From positions 124,001-188,000 of the forward strand of contig NIVC01000650.1 of the NCBI GenBank assembly GCA_002269645.1: a DNA stretch of 64,000 nucleotides. The letters run 5' to 3'. Shown here piece by piece: positions 12,614 to 24,515 of the stretch. The notes under the pieces are model-generated. The model saw nothing but the letters and a program-made list of their open reading frames with translations. It ran no database searches and was not told the DNA's origin. How positions within the stretch are numbered: position 1 is the stretch's first letter; every line of letters begins with the position of its first letter. The stretch is from Macrostomum lignano. Lineage: Eukaryota. A program made the translations under genes and the position numbers.

Positions 12614-15600
12614 ATGGCGAGATTGAAGCAGCTGGTGACTGCGCTTGGCCGCTTCCTGGTGGCTGCGATGGCCTTTGAGTGCGGTGAGAAATGCGAAGGG
12701 GTAGATAAGGAGTGGGTGAGAGTAGATGATACAAGCTGAGAATAGATAGGAAGTGGATGGGAGTAGATGAGAAATGGTGAGAATAGATTGGAAGCGGATG
12801 GGAGTAGATGAGAAATGGTGAGAATAGATTGGAAGCGGATGGGAGTAGATGAGAAATTGTGAGAATAGATTGGAAGCGGATGGGAGTAGATGAGAAATGG
12901 TGAGAATAGACTGGAAGCGGATGGGAGTAGATGAGGAAGAGGGTGAGAATAGTTAAGAATAAGGCGAAAAAGTTAGAGAAAATGTTTTTACAAGTGTGCA
13001 TGAGAAAGGATTTGATGGGATGATAAACGAGCTAAGGGGAAGAGATAGAGATTCGGTAGGGGTGAGAAGGGATGAGATAGGGGTGAGAAGGGATGAGATA
13101 GGGTGAGATGGGGTCCGATGGGATGAGATAGGGGTGAGAAGGGATGAGATAGGGGTGAGAAAGGATGAGATAGGGGTGAAAAAGGATGGGATAGGGATGA
13201 GAAGGGATGAGATAGGGATAAGAAAGGATGAGATAGGGGTGAGAAGGGATGAGATAGGGGTGAGAAGAGATGAGATGGGGTGAGATGGGATGAGATAGGT
13301 GAGAAGGGATGAGATAGGGGTGAGAAGAGATGAGATGGGGTGAGATGGGATGAGATAGGGTGAGAAGGGATGAGATAAAAAGAGATACTGATGTAAATAA
13401 GAATCCACAGCCATTTTTAGGTGAAATCGCAGCAGTGGGTCGAATACGACTTAGGTTTCAAGAAAGAAATAAACAAAATTTTTGGGCAGAAAATTAATCA
13501 AAGATTATACCGCAAAGTTAATATCAACAAAATCTAATGGAATATTCTTGTATCAAATACTGCAATAACTGTGTCCGCATCGAGTGCGCAATCCAAAAAA
13601 ACATTTTTGGGGTCCAAGTCAGGTTTCAGCAATACCATTTTTTACGACTTCTGTGTTGTAAGATGCAGCAAGGTTAAGCACTGCTTTTGGATTTTGACGA
13701 ATTGCACAGAGTGCAACCTCTCCATTTTTTGCGAGGAAAGAAAAATTATAGATGGATTTCGAAATGCATAAACTTTCGATCTTTCCTTACAAAGTTTGAT
13801 TCGATACATATCGGCATTAACCATTAGAATAGTCAAGTCACAAACAAATTTTAAAATACTTGAGGATGAGAAAGAATAGGATAAGAATGGAATAGAGTGG
13901 GAATGGAAAGGAGAATGGATAGGGTAGGAATGAATGGTGTGAGAATGGACAGTGAGAGAATACAGAGGTTGAAAATGGATAGGTTGAGAACTGATGGGGT
14001 GAGAATGGATAAATTGAGATTTTATTTATTTTTTTATTAGAGGCAGGGGGGTTGTGTGCACCCTGGCGCATTTTAAGCGACATAGGCACACAACCGGCGA
14101 GAGGCATTACTGCCCATTCCGCCGACTCCCCTGAGCAGGCATACAAGCGCGCGGATACGTACGCAGGCACACACTCACACAGGAGTGTACAGCGGCCCTA
14201 ACTTTATATTATCGTTAGGCATGTACACTTCACTGCGCCTTGGGGGGTTGGCTCTCAAGGCCGTTAACGGCACGAGCAGAGAGCCAAGCCGAGATTCCAA
14301 TTCAGCCCCAAATTAATGTGACTGCACTTGGAATCGAGCCTGGGTCGCTGGCACACCAGAGCAGCAGCGCTACCGCTGGGCTACGCCCCCCCTATAAATT
14401 GAGATTGGATGGGGTGAGAATAGATGGGGTGAGAATGGATAGAGTGAGAATAAATAGAGTGAAATGGATAGAGTGAAATGGATACGGTGAGAATGGATAA
14501 GTTGAGAATCGATGGGGTGAGAATGGATAAGTTGAGATTGGATGGGGTGAGAATAGATGGCGTGAGAATGGATAGAGTGAGAATAAATAGAGTGAAATAG
14601 ATAGAGTGAAATGGATACGGTGAGAATTGATAAGTTGAGAATGGATGGGGTGAGAATGGATGGGGTGAGAATGGATGGGGTGAGAATGGATGGGGTGAGA
14701 ATGGATGGGGTGAGAATGGATGGGGTGAGAATGGATGGGGTGAGAATGGATGGGGTGAGAATGGATGGGGTGAGAATGGATGGGGTGAGATAAGACAGGG
14801 TCATTCCCATCTCTAATCCTTCCAGCGAGAGCCTACACCTAGACAAGCGACCTGCCGTACGGTAATTCGTCTGTTGAGTACAGACTCAAGCAGTTCCTTA
14901 TGAAAGGCTATGACGTCACGAGCCGGCCAGTCCGGGACGACAAAACAGCGGTCACGTGCGATCTCGGTGTGTCGCTGTTTCACATCCTGGACACTGTGAG
15001 ATGCTCGGAGTATTAGCTACTCAATACTCGTATCAACCTGTCATTCTCTGGTTCTCGGATAATATTTTTGTCTTTGTTGATTCAAACGAGAAGCTGAGAG
15101 CTTCATTATTAATTCTTTTTCAGAGCGAAAGGCATCAAACGGTGTCAGCACTGCTTTCACTCAGATTGGTATGTGCTCAGCAGGAGCCAGCTTTATATAT
15201 CGATTGTGCTTTCTAATTAAAAAACGATTTTAACATTGCAGTACTGGGTGGACGAATACATGCGCTGGAATCTAAGCACCTATCCTATTGAGAAAATCTG
15301 GATCCCGTCGAGAAGTATTTGGCGCCCGGACGTGATCATCTCCAACTAGTGAGTCATGCGGCGCTAAAATCGATAGAGTGGGTAGGCTTGATATAGGGAA
15401 GGAGTTACGCTAGGGTCTCTCTCACCCCCTACCCCGGCCAGCCAATGACAGCGAGTTGGGATTGGCTGGGGTAGAAAAACAAGAATTGAAGAGTTGACCA
15501 GGAAAATCGATAAAATCAGCCTTTGCAGACAGGCGTACTTTAGACCAAGTAGCTCAATTAAGGAATTAAGGAACGATATTGAAGAAGATCAATAATTTCG

Positions 15601-18600
15601 TACACAAAGAAGTATAGAAGTTATAGAGTAAAAAATCTGTTCGAGCGTGAGAAAAATAGGGTCTTAATGCGAAGCACAAAGCACTTGTTGAAGTTAACGA
15701 TCTCAGGTTGCCGCCTCCATTTATACAATAGTTGCTTTTTTGGTGGGCTAGGTGTGTTTGAGCGTTTGATTGACACCGGATTTAATCTGCAAGAGCAGAC
15801 TAAGTTAAGCTGACAACATGGATTGTTGATGGGATCAGAATGGGATTAGTAATCCAATTGGTTTGGATCTTTCCGACTGAGAAGTCTATAGTCACACTGT
15901 GCCAACGCCCAACAGTCCTTTCTGTCTTTTAGCTGACAGGTCCCTTCTTACATACCTGATTTTATTTTCTCTCATTCTCATTTGCCCCTCTTCATAATCT
16001 TTCTCGTCGATACTGCCTTCCCTTCTCCAGTGTTCTGTCGTCCTCTCCGATGCTGTCACCCTCTTTAAGGCCGTCACCCTCCGATGCTGACAGCCTCTTT
16101 GATGCTGTCGCCCTCTCCGATGCTGTCACCCTCTTTAAGGCCGTCACCCTCCGATGCTGACAGCCTCTTTGATGCTGTCGCCCTCTCCGATGCTGTCACC
16201 CTCTTTAAGGCCGTCACCCTCCGATGCTGACAGCCTCTTTGATGCTGTCGCCCTCTCCGATGCTGTCACCCTCTTTAAGGCCGTCACCCTCCGATGCTGA
16301 CAGCCTCTTTGATGCTGTCGCCCTCTCCGATGCTGTCACCCTCTTTAAGGCCGTCACCCTCCGATGCTGACAGCCTCTTTGATGCTGTCGCCCTCTCCGA
16401 TGCTGTCACCCTCTTTAAGGCCGTCACCCTCCGATGCTGACAGCCTCTTTGATGCTGTCGCCCTCTCCGATGCTGTCACCCTCTTTAAGGCCGTCACCCT
16501 CCGATGCTGACAGCCTCTTTGATGCTGTCGCCCTCTCCGATGCTGTCACCCTCTTTAAGGCCGTCACCCTCCGATGCTGACAGCCTCTTTGATGCTGTCG
16601 CCCTCTCCGATGCTGTCACCCTCTTTAAGGCCGTCACCCTCCGATGCTGTCGTCTTCTCAGATGCTCTGTCACTCTCTCTCTGATGCTGTAGCCCTCTGC
16701 GATGCTGTCACCCTCTAAGTTGCTTTGTCACCCTTTCAGATGCTGTCACCCTCGCAGTTGCTCTGTCACCCTCTCAGTTGGTCTGTCACCCTCGCAGTTG
16801 CTCTGTCACCCTCGCAGTTGCTCTGTCACCCTCTCAGTTGCTCTATCACCCTCTCAGTTGCTCTATCACCCTCTCAGTTGCTCTGTCACCCTTGCAGTTG
16901 CTCTGTCACCCACACAGTTGCTCTGTCACCCTCGCAGTTGCTCTGTCACCCTCTCAGTTGCTCTGTCACCCTTGCAGCTGCTCTGTCACCCACGCAGTTG
17001 CTCTGTCACCCTCGCAGTTGCTCTGTCACCCTCGCAGTTGCTCTGTCACCCTCGCAGTTGCTCTATCACCCTCGCAGTTGCTCTGTCACCCTCTCAGATG
17101 CTTTGTCAGTTGCTGCTACCTTTTCCGAAGCTATTCCATTTCTGCCGTCAAACCCTCAGCGCCAACGACGAGTACTCCGACTACATCAACACCAACGCCA
17201 TAGTAACCTCCACCGGCAGTGTGATGTGGACTTTTCCCATCGTGGTGAAACTCTACTGCACCCTCGACGTTCGCTACTTTCCATTCGATACGCAGGACTG
17301 CAACATGACTATGATGTCCTGGACCTACGACGGGCAGCGACTGAAGCTGAACCACACCGGGCCAGAGAATCAGAAAGTTTATTTCATCGAGCGTAACCAG
17401 GAGTGGATGGTGACGGCCATAACGCCGTACCTGGAGGAGAAAAATTACCCCTGCTGTGCCGAGCCGTTTCCGCTCGTGCACTTCAACATCCACATGTTTC
17501 GCAGGTGCCTGTTTTACGTGATCAACCTCATCTGCCCCTGCCTGCTCATCTACTGCGTATCAATTCTGGGCTTCTTCCTGCCGATTGAGTCCGGCGAGAA
17601 AGTCAACCTGGAGATCACAGTGCTGCTGGCTCTGGTGGTGTTCCTGCTCATGGTTAGCGAGGCTATGCCGCCAACTCCGGATGCGGTGCCCATAGTTGGT
17701 GAGGACTCTCGTTATTAGTGGATCGTGCGGACAGCGGCATACGCAGAGGGAAGGCAGGGGGCCGCGCCTCTTAACCAAATATTAGGGCGCCCACCAAGAA
17801 ACAGGGGCGCTCACCAAGAGACAGGGGCGCCCACCAAGAGACAGGGGCGCCCACCAAGAAACAGGGGCGCTCACCAAGAGACAGGGGCGACCACCAAGAG
17901 ACAGGGGTGACCACCAAGACACGGGCGCCCACCAAGAGACAGGGGCGCTCACTAAGAGAGACAGGGGCGCCTACCAAGAGACAGGGGCGCCTACCAAGAG
18001 ACAGGGGCGCCCACCAAGAGACAGGGGCGCCCACCAAGAGACAGGGGCGCCTACCAAGAGACAGGGGCGCCCACCAAGAGACAGGGGCGCCCACCAAGAG
18101 ACAGGGGCGCCTACCAAGAGACAGGGGCGCCCACCAAGAGACAGGGGCGACCACCAAGAGACAGGGGCGACCACCAAGAGACAGGGGCGCCCACCAAGAG
18201 ACAGGGGCGCCCACCAAGAGACAGGGCGCCCACCAAGAGACAGGGGCGCCCATCAAGAGACAGGGGCGACCACCAAGAGACAGGGGCGACCACCAAGAGA
18301 CAGGGGCGACCACCAAGAGACAGGGGCGACCACCAAGAGACAGGGGCGACCACCAAGAGACAGGGGCGCCCATCAAGAGACAGGGGCGCCTACCAAAACA
18401 CTAAATATTGGATTATTGGCGCCCCTTTAGGGTTTCTGGCCCCTTTCATTGAAATTCCTGCGTACGCCACTGTCTGCTGGTCTTCATCCTCGCCTGCATC
18501 CCGATCTCATTCCTTAATTTACCCGATCCAGGTCTTTTATTCAGCGTCACAATGCTGATGGTGGCCCTGGCGGTTGTCATGGCGGTGACGGTGACGCATT

Positions 18601-19949
18601 TTTACTTTTCCGAAGCGCAGGCCAGGCCAGGAGACTTCGTGCTCAAATTGGCGCGCCTGCACCGTAAGTGGCGGAGCCGGCGCGAAGAAGCGGCCGCAAA
18701 CCAGCTGGAGGTGAGTCTGCGCCTGCGGCGAGGCATCGCCCGGATGCGCCAGATCGAACAGTTCGACGCGGCCAGCTTGAACTCCGCCGACGGCGATAAT
18801 TTCCCAGCAAGCTGCACGGCCGCATCCGATGACTATTCGCCAATTCAGCGCCAGAACTGGGCACCAACCATGAGCCAGGTGCGATTGAACTTTGATTAAA
18901 GAAAGGATGAGTATAAACTGCTTGACCACGTATTCATAGAAATAGAAGCAAGGTTGGCCAGGCGTGCCGCCAAGGAAGTGAATTGCAACACAGCATCCAA
19001 AGGCTTGGTATGCTAGTAGTGTAGTGCCACCTACTAACCGTGGCGAACTCTGCTTAACTTTTAGTCCCTGTGCGAAGAGCGATCCCGAATTATTTTCCAA
19101 ATCTTCATCTTCAGATCTTGTAGCATGCTAATCAGCACATTAAAGACAAACAGAAATGCCCGAATAGCTGGTGTACAGAAACTACAAAACTCGCACATGG
19201 ACTAGCAGGAGCTTATATTTAAAACGCTTCTACAGTTGACGTCTCGCATATTGGAGATGCGAGAGTAGCTCTAGTTCTTCAAGGTCGAATTCATTATCTC
19301 TTCCAAGCAGCAAGGAAAGAATCAACACGAAGCAAATCTCTATAGTAGTTTGCGCAAATAACTTCAAATGAGTTTGATCAAGGTTGAGTACATTCTGCAG
19401 CTCATCGAATAAGACCGTTTGGCGAAGAGTAAAATGATTCTTTGGAGCCTCTCAATTTCTGACACACTCGGACGTTAGCGAAAGATAAAGAATGGAAAAA
19501 TTTAGTTCCGATCCGCACTGACTACAATCGCCTTTCTCTGTAGCTTTATTACATTTAACGAAATTGCATAGCAACAAACCGAAGCACTCGTATTCCACTT
19601 GAACTCTTACAAGGTGCCACCATCGGCCAGCTACTTCAAGTGCGCCCTGAATTCGGCAGTTAACGGCAGCAGCCAGACGGCCTCGCAGCGGCAGCTGCAA
19701 TTGAATAGCAGCGGCCCGCAACTGCCGGCGCCGTTGCAGCAGCAGTCGAGCATTGAAGCAGCCACAACGGCCAACAACACCGTCGACTTCACGGACGACT
19801 GGCGTTCGGCCGCATTCGCACTGGACAGAATCTTCTTCTGGATCTTTGTCAGCCTGACCATCATCATGTTTATTACTGTGAGCCTAGTGGCCCTGCCCGC
19901 CTTTCTGGTCCAACATCCGACTAGTAAAAAGCCCCACAGCGAGACGTAA
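12614..19949 (+). CDS. Cys-loop ligand-gated ion channel, nicotinic acetylcholine receptor alpha-like subunit (7 exons)
   Basis: Exons: 12614-12683 (putative signal peptide MARLKQLVTALGRFLVAAMAFEC, less certain); 14826 or 14843-14995 (EYRLKQFLMKGYDVTSRPVRDD); 15124-15168 (the conserved 45-nt exon); 15242-15348 (YWVDEYMRW..IWRPDVIISN); 17160-17698 (Cys-loop CTLDVRYFPFDTQDC, loop B WTYDG, loop C YPCCAEPF, TM1, M2 SGEKVNLEITVLLALVVFL); 18532-18878 (TM3); 19614-19949 (TM4 WRSAAFALDRIFF, TAA). Junctions from exon 2 onward are GT-AG and phase-compatible. The exon 1-2 junction is problematic (see findings). Confidence 0.92.
12700..13380. repeat. Purine-rich minisatellites (41-bp unit, then ~20-bp GGGGTGAGAAGGGATGAGAT) in nAChR intron 1
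   Basis: GGGAGTAGATGAGAAA recurs at 12800, 12841 and 12882; a 20-bp unit follows. Confidence 0.9.
13860..14790. repeat. 15-bp GAGAATGGATGGGGT minisatellite (degenerate 5', pure 3'), interrupted by a SINE
   Basis: Read directly. Confidence 0.9.
14022..14393 (-). mobile_element. tRNA-derived SINE, copy 1
   Basis: Minus-strand head GGGGGCGTAGCCCAGCGGT (A box) and GGCTCGATTCC (B box), with an A-rich tail. 13-bp TSD ATAAATTGAGATT at 14009-14021 and 14394-14406. Near-identical to the copy at 37585. Confidence 0.88.
16030..17105. repeat. 70-bp higher-order repeat grading into a 20-bp repeat (CTCTGTCACCCTCGCAGTTG), nAChR intron 4
   Basis: CCCTCTCCGA recurs at 16111, 16181, 16251 and onward (period 70); 20-bp period from ~16740. 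Confidence 0.93.
17732..18472. mobile_element. MITE-like element with CAGTGGCGTACGCAG-type termini, carrying an internal 21-bp satellite (GGGCGCCCACCAAGAGACAGG, 17785-18400)
   Basis: Left end CAGCGGCATACGCAG; right end CTGCGTACGCCACTG (imperfect TIR). Fills most of nAChR intron 5. No clear TSD. Confidence 0.65.
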
Positions 19950-20048
19950 CCGCGGAATTAAGGCTTTTCTGCAATTTGGGATAAATGTAACTGGGATGCC
20001 GGGATAACTGAAACTAGAACGTGACTTACATTCGAATTAATTAAAAAA

Positions 20049-20790
20049 TTGAGAATTGGAGATTGGGGATCTGGAATCAGAGCTGGGATTGGGGATCTGG
20101 GATCCGAGTTGGGATTGGATCTGGGATCAGAGTTGGGATTGGGGATCTGGGATCAGAGTTGGGATTGGATCTGGGATCAGAGTTGGGATTGGGAATCTGG
20201 AATCAGAGTTGGGATTGGGGATCTGGGATCAGAGTTGGGATTGGGGATCTGGGATCAGAGTTGGGATTGGGAATCTGGAATCAGAGTTGGGATTGGATCT
20301 GGGATCAGAGTTGGGATTGGGGATCTGCAATCAGAGTTGGGATTGGGGATTTGGGATTAGACTTGGGATTGGGGATCTGCAATCAGAGTTGGGATTGGGG
20401 ATCTGGGATCAGAGTTGGGATTGGGGATCTGGGATCAGAGTTGGGATTGGGAATCTGGAATCAAAGTTAGGATTGGGGATCTGGGATCAGAGTTGGGATT
20501 GGGGATCTGCAATCAGAGTTGGGATTGGGGATCTGGGATTAGAGTTGGGATTGGGGATCTGGGATCAGAGTTGGGATTGGGGATCTGGGATCAGAGTTGG
20601 GATTGGGGATCTGGGATCAGAGTTGGGATTGGGGATCTGCAATCAGAGTTGGGATTGGGGATCTGGGATTAGAGTTGGGATTGGGGATCTGGGATCAGAG
20701 TTGGGATTGGGGATCTGCAATCAGAGTTGGGATTGGGGATCTAGGATCAGAGTTGAGATTAGGGATCTGGGATCAGCTACATGTATTGGA
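20049..20790. repeat. 26-bp minisatellite (GGGATTGGGGATCTGGGATCAGAGTT)
   Basis: Tandem array starting 100 bp after the nAChR stop codon. Confidence 0.95.
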
Positions 20791-21439
20791 ATGAGAATTG
20801 GGTTTTAGCATCCAAACTTAGATTTATCCGCAGAACTGAACTCCTCACAAGTCGCGCATTCATCAAGCTTGAAATGAAACGACACGAACTTAATTCACGT
20901 GACATATACTACGAGTATACGATTTCACAAGACAAATTGTAATACAAATAGACATTTTTTTATCTACCTTGCACCCCATTGCCTTACTGACAGTAGATAG
21001 TGTCGTAAATTAACCCCAATATAATGATAAATAATTAGACTAGCATGCTGCTTAATACACTTCACCTCCAACCGCTTGCCTATAGTCTTAGTTCAACGCA
21101 CTTATTAACTCAAATAAATTAGAGGACTCATTATATACCATTTTTATGGTGTTTGAGTTGAGCAACCTACGTTTATGTTTGTCTAATCAGTATCGCAAGC
21201 ATTTATTTGTTTAGTAACAACACAAACATTGGAAGCATGATATTGAAAATAAAAATGACACGCGCGGCAAAACGGCATCTTACATGCAATTTATAGCCGT
21301 AATGATAGAAAGACAAAACACTCAAGGATAGAGGGAGTGCGGAGGGACTTAAGCGCTTGGCGTTTTTGCCATCTACAATGACGTTTCAGTCAACAGTTTA
21401 CAAATAAAGAGCGCATATCTTAGCCCTCGCTTTTCATAG

Positions 21440-22200
21440 TAGAGAGAGAGAGAGTTAACTCTTTACTTCTCTTCCCATGTAACTACCTCTCATTCTCTTC
21501 TTTCTACCTTTCTTACCCTATCTACTTCTCTTCGCCTTTATCTACTTCTCTTCGCCTGTATCTACCTCTCTTCCCCTCTACTTCTCTTCGCCTGTATCTA
21601 CCTCTCTTCCCCTCTACTTCTCTTCGCCTGTATCTACCTCTCTTCGCCTATATCTACTCTTTTCATCTTTATCTACCTCTCTTCCCTCTACAGTATCTAC
21701 CTCTCTTCGCCTGTATTTACCTCTCGGCTCTCTCCTCTTTATATAACTCTCTTCCCCTATATCTTCCTCTCTAACCACCTATCTTCCCCTGTATCTACTT
21801 CTCATCGCCTCTATCGACCTCTCTTCGCCTCTATCTAACGCTCTTCGCCTCTATATAACGCTCTTCGCCTCTATCTAACGCTCTTCGCCTCTATCTACCT
21901 CTCTTCACCTCTATCTACCTTTCTTCGCCTTTATCTACTTCTCTTCGCCTTTATCTACTTCTCTTCGCCTCCATCGACCTCTCTTCACCTCTATCTACCT
22001 TTCTTCGCCTTTATCTACTTCTCTTCGCCTTTATCTACTTCTCTTCGCCTTTATCTACTTCTCTTCGCCTTTATCTACCCCTCTTCGCCTCTATATACTT
22101 CTCTTTTTCTCTATCTAACTCTCTTCCCATATAACTACTCCTCTCTTCTATTTACATCTCTTACCCCCTCTATCTACCTCTCTTCATCCAGTCTTCTTTA
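21440..22200. repeat. Pyrimidine-rich ~20-bp degenerate repeat (TCTACTTCTCTTCGCCTTTA)
   Basis: Read directly. Confidence 0.9.
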
Positions 22201-22312
22201 CTTTATTTTTAGCGTCCTTTATTTAACTTCGATTTACGATCTCTAACTTTCTCCATTTGTCCATCTATACTGCTTGCCTCCTCTTGAACCCATCTGTACC
22301 GACCGAGCTGTC

Positions 22313-23675
22313 CTAAGCTGTGGCCAAGGTGACTAGACATACAACAGACTCGGCCGTGGCCTGTCCGGTCACAGTCAGCCGCAGCTGCAGTCCAGACTCC
22401 AAGTCGCCTCCGCCGCTTCCATCGCTTGGCTTCATCAGTTCGGCTGAAATCCTACTGACCAGAGCTTCCAGAGCCGCCTGACCGCCAGACTTTCTGCGAT
22501 CGGCGCTGATCATCAGACGGACTCCGCTGACGCTGACGCCGTCTTCAACTCGTCGACGTTGTTGATTGTCTAGCAAGCGACGAGTCTGCTGCAGTTTAAC
22601 CGACAGCATGTGCGGATCGATTCGCTCCGAGATTCGAATCTCGGGCGGCGGCTTCTGCTGCTGCTGGCGGCGTTTCTGACGAAGCTTCTGCGGGCTGAGA
22701 ATAAAACCCACTCTCAGTTCAAGGGAATTGTCAGAAAATGGACGCAAAAATCAATCGAAGACGGTCTCAGTCCTCAAGAAGGACTTGAATACGATTTTGA
22801 AGGACAGAGGTTTACTTTTGAAGGCTATATTATTCAAAATGTTGACAGTTACGAGGAATGCTGTTATCTGCGCCGGTTTTAAAGAACATTAGGAAGGGTC
22901 TTTGACGGTCGTTAAGAAAGACTAGTAGGCAGTCAACAACAGTCCTAAAGGTCCTTAAGCAACGTTTGAAGGCCGATAAGGACAGTCTTTGAAGGCCGTT
23001 AAGGGCACTCTTTGAAGGCCGTTAAGGACAGTCTTTGAAGGCCGTTAAGGAAGTCTTTGAAGGCCGTTAAGGACAGTCTTTGAATGCCGTTAAGGGCACT
23101 CTTTGAAGGTCATTAAGGACACATTTTGTTAGGCCGTTAAGGACAGCCTTGAAGGCCGTTACGGGCACTCTTTGAAGGCCCCTCCCAGACCAGACCACTC
23201 ACTCTTCGTCGCCAAAATTGGCCGCCTCCGTCACCATGCGATAGATCGGCAGCGAGTTTTCATCGCCAGCCGAATCGGCTCCGGACTTCTCCGGAACCAG
23301 ACGCAGCCTGGCACCGCTCTCGGCCGCCCGGGTTCGAGCCTGATCCAGGCGGCACACGCCGAGGCTCTCACCGGAGATGCCCAGCAGACGAACCGGTCGA
23401 CGAAGATCGTGAGAAGCGGCCAACTCCAGTTCGGTGCGGCTGTGCTGCTGCTGCCGGTAGGTTCCGCCTCGCTTGCCGCCGCCGACGCTTCCTGAGCTGC
23501 TGAAGCCTCGTATGCGGCCGGCTAGCGAAGAAGAAGCGGTTGGCAGCGCCGCCGATGCATTTCTACAGCAGCGGAGAGTCGCTACAACCGACTGGTAAAC
23601 GGCTGGCAGAGCGCGAGACTGCTGCGGTGAGCCATTGGGACTAGGAGCTAAGGGGGGCCTGCGCTGCTCTCCCAT
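22313..23675 (-). CDS. MTIF3: Mitochondrial translation initiation factor 3-like
   Basis: Exons 23675-23203 (donor GA/GTGAGT) and 22694-22313 (acceptor TTTTATTCTCAG/C), phase 2 compatible. IF3-N-like motif RPVRLLGISGESLGVCRLDQARTRAAESGARLRLV..LPIYRMV; IF3-C-like EIRISERIDPHMLSVKLQQTRRLL; presequence-like N-terminus (RIRGFSS). Start and C-terminal end are uncertain. Confidence 0.75.
22900..23180. repeat. 23-bp minisatellite (TTTGAAGGCCGTTAAGGACAGTC) in the MTIF3 intron
   Basis: Read directly. Confidence 0.9.
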
Positions 23676-23689
23676 TCTACATTGTCTTA

Positions 23690-24515
23690 TTCCGCCCTCT
23701 ACCCTATTCTACTTCGCCCTCTACCGTTCTAATCCACCCTTACTCTATCTTAATCCACCCTCTACTCTATCCTAATCCACCCTCTACTCTATCCTAATCC
23801 ACCCTCTACTCTATCCTAATCCACCCTCTACTCCATCCTAATCCACTCTCTACTCTATCCTAATCCACTCTCTACTCTATCCTAATCCACCCTCTACTCT
23901 ATCCTAATCCACCCTCTACTCTATCCTAATCCACCCACTACTCTATCCTAATCCACCCACTACTCTATCCTAATCCACCCTCTACTCTATCCTAATCCAC
24001 CCTCTACTCTATCCTAATCCACCCACTACTCTATCCTAATCCACCCTCTACTCTATCCTAATCCACCCTCTACTCTATCCTAATCCACCCTCTACTCTAT
24101 CCTAATCCACCCTCTACTCTATCCTAATCCACCCTCTACTCTATCCTAATCCACCCTCTACTCTATCCTAATCCACCCTCTACTCTATCCTAATCCACCC
24201 ACTACTCTATCCTAATCCACCCTCTACTCTATCCTAATCCACCCTCTACTCTATCCTAATCCACCCACTACTCTATCCTAATCCACCCTCTACTCTATCC
24301 TAATCCACCCTCTACTCTATCCTAATCCACCCTCTACTCTATCCTAATTCACCTTCTACTCTATCCTAATCCACCCTCTACTCTATCCTAATCCACCCTC
24401 TACTCTATCCTAATCCACCCTCTACTCTATCCTAATCCACCCTCTACTCTATCCTAATCCACCCTCTACTCTATCCTAATCCACCCTCTACTCTATTCTA
24501 ATCCGCCCTCTACCC
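23690..24515. repeat. 22-bp minisatellite (CTCTACTCTATCCTAATCCACC)
   Basis: Read directly. Confidence 0.96.

Noticed and set aside
14320-14392. tRNA gene
   Set aside because: A/B boxes are present but the acceptor stem is not intact, and it continues into a SINE body with an A-tail and TSD (same at 37830-37900).
15427-15475. Short hairpin CTACCCC..CCAGCCAAT / ATTGGCTGGGGTAG in nAChR intron 4
   Set aside because: Too short to classify, with no TSD and no second copy in the window.
16702-17159. Cys-rich N-terminal part of the 338-aa ORF
   Set aside because: Intronic 20-bp repeat; the true exon starts at the acceptor at 17160.
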